DNA of 64,000 nt, taken from Clostridia bacterium. GTDB lineage: Bacteria > Bacillota > Clostridia > Christensenellales > DTU072. The stretch's first letter is position 1. Every line of letters begins with the position of its first letter. The stretch is from assembly GCA_017504305.1 (NCBI GenBank), contig JAFVRJ010000009.1:13591-77590 (forward strand), in the 5' to 3' direction. Positions 18,701-25,683 of the stretch are shown in pieces. The translations under genes and the position numbers were made by a program. The notes beneath the pieces were generated by a model that saw only the letters and a list, made by a program, of their open reading frames with translations, was not told the origin of the DNA and ran no database searches.

Positions 18701-19475
18701 CGATGATAGCGAACCCATCGTTACCATACCCGAATCCATTACCGGCTTTATCGTACCGGAAACCTCGCTTGAGTATCAGGTAAACGGCGAGTGGACTGCC
18801 GTACGTCCGAAGGCAACCGGCTCATATCCCGTACGCATTATCGTATACGAAAACGAATACTATAACGCTTCGGTTGTTGAAAACGAATCCTTAAAACTCA
18901 ACATTACCAAGAAGACCATCCTTATCGATATCGTTCCTCAAGTTAAAACCTACGGCGAAGCAGATCGAGATATCGTATATACGATTGCGGACGGCGAATT
19001 GGTTGGTAACGACGTTATCGAGCTTGAATTTGCTCGTGAAGAGGGCGAAGACGTTAAATACGTTATGGTAGCCGGTCAAAACGTAGTGGATAGCTACAAG
19101 ATCACCGTTAAGTTCAAAGAGGGTCAAAACCAAAACGCATACTACGAGTTAGCATATGCTCAAGTGGGCTTAACCATTATGCCTCGTCAAATTGATAGCA
19201 AAGAAAAGGCTACTAACGTTAAGTTTACTATCGCTAATAACATCGTTGCTTCCGCAATGGTTACCGATGCTCAAAACTTGAACGTTTATATCGACAGTAA
19301 AGACTTTGTTTACTATGCAAAAGATCCTAACTCTAATGAGGAGGATCAGGATCCTTATACCATTAAGTTAAACGGAGCTCCCAGTGCTCCCGGCGAATAC
19401 AAGGTCGTGATTTCGGACAACTACTTATTTGAACATGCAGAGTCCGTTTATTCAACTACCTACACGATTTCATAA
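15780..19475 (+). CDS. Large surface lipoprotein with tandem Ig-like repeats and a C-terminal MBG-like module
   Basis: The ORF is open from 15762, but AAGGAG (15767-15772) serves ATG 15780. MRLIRRYGLMCILVALLLVSLIFVTAC contains a lipobox (VTAC). About 85-90-aa repeats end in G.Q.V.I.Y.G....V.V-type strands. KKTILIDIVPQVKTYGEADRDIVYTIADGELVGND is MBG-like. Confidence 0.9.
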   Translation: MRLIRRYGLMCILVALLLVSLIFVTACGSNDDVDGDEVVKVRINNFSATQVYESDELNLHDCSLLATLADGSVVTVPITADMISGFNNKQLGEQNVKITYAGFTLEVKINVSSVQIQRISFANIPETVSVIQGGKIDLSEFAINVHYQTRAVVLDKITEAMLGGYDTSLPVGEHTAYIKYAGFSIPFQVHVLPKTVIKISVKTLPIDRQYFVGDNVQLDPSGLVVHRMYDNGSEDDIAYDDHPEEFSFNYDFSYERAHAAVTVTVGGKSTTFDCTVSKPQCISMSIDVLPWSNGVSVEGEIYSSAITNMVEGDSINWSRGSATLHYNDGTTERISLDSDKIYPYYNKQGTGNDYLSNHHVFNEVGQHILYLRYGSYDFFTPLHIGVRAKEAYSMRVADSRPEDQQITAPSRYFVDGQTLPVSFLKYNVLYDNGSYAFPKDEVSQWGDIDEGMLADDGISTLRLTANESGKQTINFTVEGVTAGFTLKVVPRLATKIRVGLPHRDVYVAGSQLDLAGSYLYREYNDNTFDTVSPIPQSYVSAPSFSTEDNYTVTVTVPAYNTETNQQTTIVEQFTVKVVVPSNYVTAVSIENYNFNETYEFPLYESIPFASMSMNVVYNNGARTESVALTEATILEANEYALGLQEILFRYEGYVFSLRVNIEGRRVSSIEVSSAPQKLVYFVGEDTELDITGLLVTKVFNDGDRGEQSMFDEFWSFSGYDLTKEGAQNVKVTYDLGDRKFTTSYQIEVVTGSIKSIAIDYEKHAQAFKEYEGDLVLEVSYRDNLNLTYVYNGVNDGIPYSEIRVITFNVEYVTANNNTYVVERELKASYISYNKDVLYGTPDAPITDYKENVSINYGGISTGLFIHVIGRSLQSIEIFSRPYTLAYAEKQSLDFEGGYIKRNYSDGQYDLLPMTNGYISVSGYDANYFSKVQGGTSYEQTVTLTYGGKSTSFNVTTYRKLNAAPTLGNSYFRYGDDSEPIVTIPESITGFIVPETSLEYQVNGEWTAVRPKATGSYPVRIIVYENEYYNASVVENESLKLNITKKTILIDIVPQVKTYGEADRDIVYTIADGELVGNDVIELEFAREEGEDVKYVMVAGQNVVDSYKITVKFKEGQNQNAYYELAYAQVGLTIMPRQIDSKEKATNVKFTIANNIVASAMVTDAQNLNVYIDSKDFVYYAKDPNSNEEDQDPYTIKLNGAPSAPGEYKVVISDNYLFEHAESVYSTTYTIS

Positions 19476-19523
19476 AATAAATAAAATAAAATATAAAACG
19501 ACTACACCAGGAGGTAAAAATCT

Positions 19524-21026
19524 ATGGACAACGAACAAAAGTACTCGATTTCTCAATGGGAAGAACCGGAACGCATATATGCCGACCTTAAAAAATTAAC
19601 TTCTCAACCTATTTACGAGATTTCTGAAGAAGAACATCAACGCGTACTCGAGCATTTTAACACCAAGTGCGCAGGATCCAAGGCTATCGCAACCGAGGCC
19701 AAAAACTACATCCCCGGCGGCGTACAACACAACCTTGCTTTCAACTATCCCTTCCCCATTGCTATGGCAAAGGCAGAAGGTGCTTATATGTACGACGTTG
19801 ACGGCAACGAGTACATCGACTTCCTCCAAGCAGGCGGACCCACCATCCTCGGCTCCAACTATCCGGCTATCCGCGAAGAAGTTAAGAAGCTTCTCGACGA
19901 GTGTGGCCCCGTTACCGGTCTTTTACACGAAGCAGAACTCCTCCTCGCAAAAGAAATTAACAAGCATATGCCCTCTATTGAAATGTTCCGTATGCTTGGT
20001 TCGGGTACCGAAGCTGTTATGGCAGCATTACGTATCGCACGTATCGCAACCGGCAAAAAACGCGTTATTAAAGTTGGTGGCGCTTACCATGGCTGGTCCG
20101 ATCAAATGGTATACGGCTTAAAGATTCCCGGCACTCGTCAATATCTCGAGAGTCACGGTATCCCCGGCAGCAGCTATAAGAACACTGACGAAGTACGTCC
20201 TAACGACCTTAAGATGCTCGAAACCATGCTTAAGATCAACAAGCTCCGTGGCGGCACTGCAGCTGTTATCGTAGAGCCCGTAGGCGCAGAAAGCGGTACT
20301 CGTCCCATCAGCAAAGATTACAATGAAAAGGCACTTGAACTTGCTCACAAGTACGGCGCACTCTTCATCTTTGACGAAGTTGTTACCGGTTTCCGTCTTG
20401 GTCTCGGTGGCGCACAAGGTTACTTTGGCGTAACTCCTGACCTTACCGTATTCGGTAAAGTTATCGCCGGTGGTTATCCCGCAGCAGGTGGCGTAGGTGG
20501 TCTTAAGAAGTACGCAGGCTTAATGGCAGCAGGCGTTGCAACCGGTAAGCACCGTGCATACGTTGGCGGTACTCTTGCAGCTAACCCCTTAAGCTCCCTT
20601 GCAGGTTACCTCACCATTAAGGAAATCGAGCGCACCAACGCTTGCGTAAAAGCAGGTCAAGCAGGTGATAGACTTACCGCAGGTCTTAAGAAGCTCGTTG
20701 AGAAATACAACCTTCCCTACGTTGTATACAACCAAGGCTCCATCGTTCACCTTGAGTGTACCGGCGCTATGAGCTTTGACTACTCCTCCTTATGCTTAAT
20801 CAAATCGCTCCTTGGCGTTCTCAAGAACAAGCCCATGGTTATGGAGCGTAAGGTTGCTATGGAGCACATGGGCGCTGCATACATGGCAAACGGTATCGTA
20901 ACCCTTGCTGGTAGCCGTCTCTACACCTCTCTTGCAGACACCGACGAAGTTATCGACGAAGCACTCCGTCGTTTTGAAAAGGTATTCGCAACCGTTGTTA
21001 AGACCGATAAGGGTCTCGTTAAATAA
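19524..21026 (+). CDS. Class III PLP aminotransferase, glutamate-1-semialdehyde aminomutase (HemL)-like, with ~70-aa N-terminal extension
   Basis: FDEVVTGFRLGLGGAQGYFGVTPDLTVFGKVIAGGYP closely follows the HemL-family PLP-lysine block. GSGTEAVMAALRIAR. Confidence 0.85.
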   Translation: MDNEQKYSISQWEEPERIYADLKKLTSQPIYEISEEEHQRVLEHFNTKCAGSKAIATEAKNYIPGGVQHNLAFNYPFPIAMAKAEGAYMYDVDGNEYIDFLQAGGPTILGSNYPAIREEVKKLLDECGPVTGLLHEAELLLAKEINKHMPSIEMFRMLGSGTEAVMAALRIARIATGKKRVIKVGGAYHGWSDQMVYGLKIPGTRQYLESHGIPGSSYKNTDEVRPNDLKMLETMLKINKLRGGTAAVIVEPVGAESGTRPISKDYNEKALELAHKYGALFIFDEVVTGFRLGLGGAQGYFGVTPDLTVFGKVIAGGYPAAGGVGGLKKYAGLMAAGVATGKHRAYVGGTLAANPLSSLAGYLTIKEIERTNACVKAGQAGDRLTAGLKKLVEKYNLPYVVYNQGSIVHLECTGAMSFDYSSLCLIKSLLGVLKNKPMVMERKVAMEHMGAAYMANGIVTLAGSRLYTSLADTDEVIDEALRRFEKVFATVVKTDKGLVK

Positions 21027-21035
21027 GAGGACTAT

Positions 21036-21665
21036 ATGATTGATAAGTTAAAACTCCAAATCCTCGAGTTTTGCAAGGCTATGGAGGAAGATAAGCTTGT
21101 TGAGCTCGGCGACACCATGAGTGTCAGAACCGATAACGGCATGCTTATAACTTCCCCCTTAAAGCCTATGGCTCAAATCACCGAGGAAGACATTATTTAT
21201 ATTGCAAAGAAAGACGCTAAAGACGAGCTTTCGGCTCTCCATTTAGCCATTTACGGTGCCCGTGAAGATATTAATGCAATAATTATGAACCATGCTCCTT
21301 TCTGCGTAGGTATTGCGAAGAAGTGCAAGAAGATGCCTGCATGTTTGGACGATATGGCTCAAATTATCGGACCCACAGCAAAAGTATCTCCTTCTTACAA
21401 AGCAACCGACGTATTAAAGACCATGCACAATCGTAACGCATGCTTAATACGTAACGGCGGTGTTATCGCTACCGGCAGAACTCTCGACGAAGCACATACC
21501 GGTTCGTTAGTTCTCGAAAAGGGCGCTTTGACTTACGTTGGTTCTACCGTACTCGGCAATTCCGTTAAAATCGGTTTATTCGACGCTATTTTGATGCGTA
21601 CGATTTATAAACTCAAATACAGTAAAAAAGACCAAGCTGCAAAGCAGGCTGAAATCAAAGGGTAG
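21036..21665 (+). CDS. Class II aldolase/adducin-family protein with a degenerate metal site
   Basis: Fold blocks are present, but IMNHAP replaces the IHSHP motif and RNGG replaces NHG. Two of the three canonical Zn-ligand His are missing. Confidence 0.75.
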   Translation: MIDKLKLQILEFCKAMEEDKLVELGDTMSVRTDNGMLITSPLKPMAQITEEDIIYIAKKDAKDELSALHLAIYGAREDINAIIMNHAPFCVGIAKKCKKMPACLDDMAQIIGPTAKVSPSYKATDVLKTMHNRNACLIRNGGVIATGRTLDEAHTGSLVLEKGALTYVGSTVLGNSVKIGLFDAILMRTIYKLKYSKKDQAAKQAEIKG

Positions 21666-21672
21666 GTGCAGT

Positions 21673-22308
21673 ATGACGGAATTAGAATTAAGACAATTAG
21701 TTAAAGACGCAGGCGTAGCACTCCTTAAAGAAGGTCTCGTACAAGGTACTTGGGGAAATATTTCCGTGCGTATGGACGATAAAAAGATGATAGTTACCCC
21801 GAGTGGTATGGACTACATCCGTATGCGCCCCGAAGATACCGTAGTCGTCGATATCGAAACATTGGAATATGAGAGTGAGGTTAAGCCCACATCTGAAAAG
21901 AAGATTCACGCAGCTATCTATCGTGATAGACCGGAAATCGGTGCAGTTATACACTCCCACCCATTGTGGAGCAGTACTTGTGCAGCAGCGCGCGTAACCA
22001 TGCCCGCTCTCACCGAAAAAATGCGTGAATTGGTAGGGGAAGACGTAAGAACCAGTGCTTACGGTTTACCCAGCACCAAGACTCTTACCGAAGGCGCAGT
22101 AGAAGCAATCAAGGGCAGAAACGCATGTTTCCTTGCAAACCACGGCATCATCGTATGCGCTCCCACCATGGAAGAAGCATTTGAGATTTGCAGAGAGATG
22201 GAAGCTTGCTCCAAGCTCTATATTGAAAATGCCGTAAAAGCAGTTCTTGGTAAAGAAGAAGTTACTATCGACGATATTTTCGAAGTATTCTATAGAAAAG
22301 TTAAATAA
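21673..22308 (+). CDS. Class II aldolase/adducin-family protein (FucA/AraD/MtnB-like), intact metal site
   Basis: TWGNISVR, PSGMDY, TSEKKIHAAIY, VIHSHP and LANHGIIVCAPTMEEAF blocks. Confidence 0.85.
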   Translation: MTELELRQLVKDAGVALLKEGLVQGTWGNISVRMDDKKMIVTPSGMDYIRMRPEDTVVVDIETLEYESEVKPTSEKKIHAAIYRDRPEIGAVIHSHPLWSSTCAAARVTMPALTEKMRELVGEDVRTSAYGLPSTKTLTEGAVEAIKGRNACFLANHGIIVCAPTMEEAFEICREMEACSKLYIENAVKAVLGKEEVTIDDIFEVFYRKVK

Positions 22309-22325
22309 CACGGAGGCACATTGAG

Positions 22326-24035
22326 ATGGACAAACTTAACGCTTTAATGAATAAAGTGTTTGGCACCACTCCCGGTGATGGCGATATCCAAGCAAAAGAG
22401 GGTCTTGCATATTCCATAGCTGGTTTTGGTCAAAACTTTATTTGTACAATTATCGGTAGCTATCTTACCGTATTTATGACCGATGCACTCGGATTCAATA
22501 TCGATATAAAAGTCGGTGCTTTGACCGGTGTAGTAGCAGTTGCGGTATTGATGCTCGTTACCAGATTGTTCGATGCTTTCAACGACCCGATTATGGGATC
22601 CGTTGTAGATAAGACTCGTACTAAATGGGGTAAATGTCGCCCTTATCTTAAGTGGATGGCACTACCCATTGGTATAATGACTATTTTATGTTTCTTGCCG
22701 TTATATCCCACTAATATGGGTGGATTTATAGCACTTTCGCTTGTTTACGTAATTTGGTCGGTAACCTATACTATAGTTGACGTTCCTTATTGGGCACTTT
22801 CGACTGCGATGACCAACGATACCACAAAACGTGGTAATATGCTTACCATCGCACGTCTTATTTGTACTTTGGGTGCAGGTATCGTTACCGTTTTCGTACC
22901 GATTATTACCTCCGCAGTTACTGCTGATTATAAATACGGCGCACTTGCAGTACGTTTACCCGGTACCAGTACCGTTGTTACTGGCGAAGCGGCTAAAGCC
23001 TTTATGGACGGTAGCAAGAACCTTCTCGGTCAAGAAGTATGGACCTTGAAAGAGGGCCTTGAAGAGGCTGGCTATAAAGCAATGGAAGGCCTCCTCAACC
23101 CTGCATACGCAGCACAAAACGCTGAAACCCTTAAGTGGACTTACTTCATTATTTGCGCAGTTCTCGTAGTTATCGCGATACCGCTATTCTACGTTGGATT
23201 CAAACACACCAAAGAGCGCGTAGGAACTATCGAAGGCGGTGTTTCTGCTGAAAAACCCAAATCGCTTGGTCACAACCTTAAGCTCTTATTTAAGAATAAG
23301 GAATTATTACTAATCGTTTTAAGTGGTATTCTCGGTGGCGCAAGAATGGTTTACACCTATACCGGCGGTTTATACTTCTGTAAATACGCTCTCCAAAACG
23401 AATCTGCATACTCTATGCTCACTATGCTTGTAATCCCCGGTGGTTTAGTAGCATCCGTTCTTACTCCGTGGCTCACTAAGAAGTTTAGCAAAAAGACAAC
23501 GTACATAGCAACCCACATTTTGGGAGCTTTGGCAATGGTATTAATGTTCTTTATGTGGGACTTCAAAACCGGTGCGTTCTTACCCGGAGGACTCGTAGTA
23601 GCTATTATTTGTATGATTCTCGTAGGTATCCCCCAAGGTATCAACAACATCATGACCTATGCTATGATAGGTGATACCGTTGACTATCTCGAGTGGAAAA
23701 CCGGCGAACGTGGCGAAGGCATCTGCTTTGCAATGCAAACCCTTATTAATAAGATTGGTATGGCAGTAGGCGCGTTTATCGGCGTTCTTGCATATGCTAT
23801 GGCAGGCATCAGCCCCACCAACCCCGAAGGCTCAATGAGTGTTGAAGGCCTCAATAAGTTATGGCTTATGCTCGTATTGAGCGGTGCAGTAAGCTTTATC
23901 GCTTGCATCATCCCGATGTTCTTCTACACCATCACCGAAGATAAGCAACGTCAAATGGTAGCAGAAATCGCTGCTCGCAAGGCTCAAGCCGAAGAAGCTG
24001 TCGCTACCGAAGAAGCTGCTGTTGTAGCTGAATAA
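22326..24035 (+). CDS. GPH-family (glycoside-pentoside-hexuronide) cation symporter with an enlarged central loop and acidic tail
   Basis: GPH signature RLFDAFNDPIMGSVVDKTRTKWGKCRPY. About 12 hydrophobic segments. Long hydrophilic insert TADYKYGALAVRLPG...AQNAETLKW between the two halves. Confidence 0.9.
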   Translation: MDKLNALMNKVFGTTPGDGDIQAKEGLAYSIAGFGQNFICTIIGSYLTVFMTDALGFNIDIKVGALTGVVAVAVLMLVTRLFDAFNDPIMGSVVDKTRTKWGKCRPYLKWMALPIGIMTILCFLPLYPTNMGGFIALSLVYVIWSVTYTIVDVPYWALSTAMTNDTTKRGNMLTIARLICTLGAGIVTVFVPIITSAVTADYKYGALAVRLPGTSTVVTGEAAKAFMDGSKNLLGQEVWTLKEGLEEAGYKAMEGLLNPAYAAQNAETLKWTYFIICAVLVVIAIPLFYVGFKHTKERVGTIEGGVSAEKPKSLGHNLKLLFKNKELLLIVLSGILGGARMVYTYTGGLYFCKYALQNESAYSMLTMLVIPGGLVASVLTPWLTKKFSKKTTYIATHILGALAMVLMFFMWDFKTGAFLPGGLVVAIICMILVGIPQGINNIMTYAMIGDTVDYLEWKTGERGEGICFAMQTLINKIGMAVGAFIGVLAYAMAGISPTNPEGSMSVEGLNKLWLMLVLSGAVSFIACIIPMFFYTITEDKQRQMVAEIAARKAQAEEAVATEEAAVVAE

Positions 24036-24122
24036 TAAAATCAATCCTGAAGTGCCCCCAAATGGGCGCTTCGGGAACCTAAAATTAAATGTTTTGAACT
24101 TAGTCAAGGAGGTTAAAAGACT

Positions 24123-25436
24123 ATGGCAAACGAAAAGACTCCTACGAACGGTATTGCTACCACTCCGCAGCAATCAATCGTCGTAACTAATCCGCAAGGC
24201 GTAGCTCGCAAAGATACTTACGCTAACGTTACCCCCGTACAATTTGTACACGGTATGCCCACAAAGGGTATTATCAATGCTGCTCCCGTTGGCAGAACAC
24301 CCAGCGCTCAAAGACGCGCAACAAGACGTGTTACTGCATTTAATACGGCAAAGCCTGTATTCTATCGTTTATGCGTAGACGGTAGACCTAACTGCATTGT
24401 TTTCCCCACACCCGGTGCAAAGCTATACTATCTTAATTGTGTTGCTACGGCAATGGGCTCTTATCCCATTGATATTGTATCTTACTCGGTAATCAATAAT
24501 AGGGCATATTTCCTTATTGCATCTTACGATCAAACTCCTATAAGCTATCGTAGATTTTTCGATACTGCTAACGCTTTGTATGCAATGTACTTCAACGAGA
24601 ACTTCCAAACTGCCGGCTTCGTATTCAAATCAAAGCTTCGTGTTAAGGAAATCAAGAAGATTGAAGACGTTTGCGAAAGCATCGCCGTTATCGAAAGTCA
24701 ACCTTATGCAAACTTCCTAACCCATAGTTGGGCATATCCCTTCAGCTCTTATGCTAAAGTTGGCTCCGACGATTCGGGTTATATTGCTTGCCGTGATAGC
24801 GTTTACAAAGTACTTGCAAAGGATCAAGCTGAAACCTTAATTTTACAAGCTTACAATAAGGGCTTACGCACCTTACCCGAAGACTTCTTTAATTTCCCGC
24901 AAATCGACCGCATTAGTGCTACTATCGAGAATGTATTAATCGATTACGGTTGCTATACCAAGCGTGCTATTCCCAATAGCATAATGCCTCGTATTATTGC
25001 TGAAATTAACGAAAGGGGAGGCTTTACTTACGATAAAATCGCAAGTAAACTTGCTCTTAACAGACAAGCTCGTTACCAAACTCTCGTTAAGGTAGTAGCA
25101 GAACTCGCACTCAATATGCGTCAAAGCTACGACGAGTCGATAAGCGCGTTAGAGGTTACCCCAAACGGAACCGAACTTATGCGCGACGTAGTTATTTTGA
25201 TTAACGATCGCCACGGCTACTCCGTCGATCAAATCTTCGGTCTTTTAGGCTTTGCTTATTGTACCGTTTCAGGCGATGAAGTAGTATACTTCAACGACGA
25301 GTTCCTCGTAAACATCATCCGCTATTTGGCTGAAACTCGTCAACAAGGCGTTGAGTTCATAATCAAAAAGCTTGGTATTATCAACACCTTCCAAGATCCC
25401 AACAGAGTAGCTAACGTTGCAGCTCTTTGCAGATAA
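24123..25436 (+). CDS. Putative DNA-binding protein: degenerate Y1 (IS200/RayT-like) transposase fold plus two DnaA-domain-IV-like HTH modules
   Basis: SD AAGGAGG upstream. IDIVSYSVINNRAYFLIAS, YAMYFNENFQTAGFVFKSKL and WAYPFSSY follow the Y1_Tnp pattern (..AYCLM.NH.HLL.., Y..YFN....G.LFQ.R.., W.SS.Y) but lack HUH and the catalytic Tyr. RIIAEINERGGFTYDKIASKLALNRQ and VILINDRHGYSVDQIFGLLGF resemble the DnaA C-terminal HTH. Confidence 0.5.
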   Translation: MANEKTPTNGIATTPQQSIVVTNPQGVARKDTYANVTPVQFVHGMPTKGIINAAPVGRTPSAQRRATRRVTAFNTAKPVFYRLCVDGRPNCIVFPTPGAKLYYLNCVATAMGSYPIDIVSYSVINNRAYFLIASYDQTPISYRRFFDTANALYAMYFNENFQTAGFVFKSKLRVKEIKKIEDVCESIAVIESQPYANFLTHSWAYPFSSYAKVGSDDSGYIACRDSVYKVLAKDQAETLILQAYNKGLRTLPEDFFNFPQIDRISATIENVLIDYGCYTKRAIPNSIMPRIIAEINERGGFTYDKIASKLALNRQARYQTLVKVVAELALNMRQSYDESISALEVTPNGTELMRDVVILINDRHGYSVDQIFGLLGFAYCTVSGDEVVYFNDEFLVNIIRYLAETRQQGVEFIIKKLGIINTFQDPNRVANVAALCR

Positions 25437-25456
25437 TTAGGATTTGCACAACGATT

Positions 25457-25485
25457 AAACCGCTTCGCAAGAGGCGGTTTTTTTA
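25457..25485 (+). terminator. Rho-independent terminator
   Basis: AAACCGCTTC / GCAA / GAGGCGGTTT (10-bp stem with one G-T, GNRA loop) followed by a T-run. Confidence 0.85.
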
Positions 25486-25486
25486 T

Positions 25487-25669
25487 GCGCGCAAAAGTCT
25501 ATTTTTATTCTTGCGCGCAAGCGATGCATGCGCTCGCGCGCACTCACGGGTATAAAAAAAGTAAAAAACACGTGCGCGCGCATAATAAAAACACCAAACC
25601 ATATTGTCAAGCCGTGTTTTAGTGTGTTATAATCGAAGCAACTATTTATACGCGCGCGTGGAGGCGCGC
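25487..25669. promoter_or_regulatory. Cluster of GCGCGC-type palindromic tracts upstream of, and in the leader of, the 3,554-aa gene
   Basis: GCGCGC at 25487-25492 and 25513-25518 (within the 12-bp palindrome CTTGCGCGCAAG). CGCGCGC at 25535-25541. GCGCGCGC at 25574-25581. CGCGCGCG at 25651-25658. GCGCGC at 25664-25669. Confidence 0.6.
25604..25633 (+). promoter_or_regulatory. Promoter of the 3,554-aa lipoprotein gene
   Basis: TTGTCA (25604-25609), 18-nt spacer, TATAAT (25628-25633), with TG at 25625-25626 (extended -10). The core GTGTGTTATAAT matches GTGTGTTATGAT at 264-275. Confidence 0.6.
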
Positions 25670-25683
25670 AGTAAAGAGGCGTT

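Noticed and set aside
25483-25585. Invertible promoter (inverton) bounded by the TTATGCGCGC/GCGCGCATAA inverted repeat
   Set aside because: The best promoter (25604-25633) lies outside the repeat-bounded segment. I see no convincing promoter inside it in either orientation. No active recombinase is adjacent, since the neighbouring Y1-like protein lacks catalytic residues. The observation is kept only as part of the palindrome-cluster finding.
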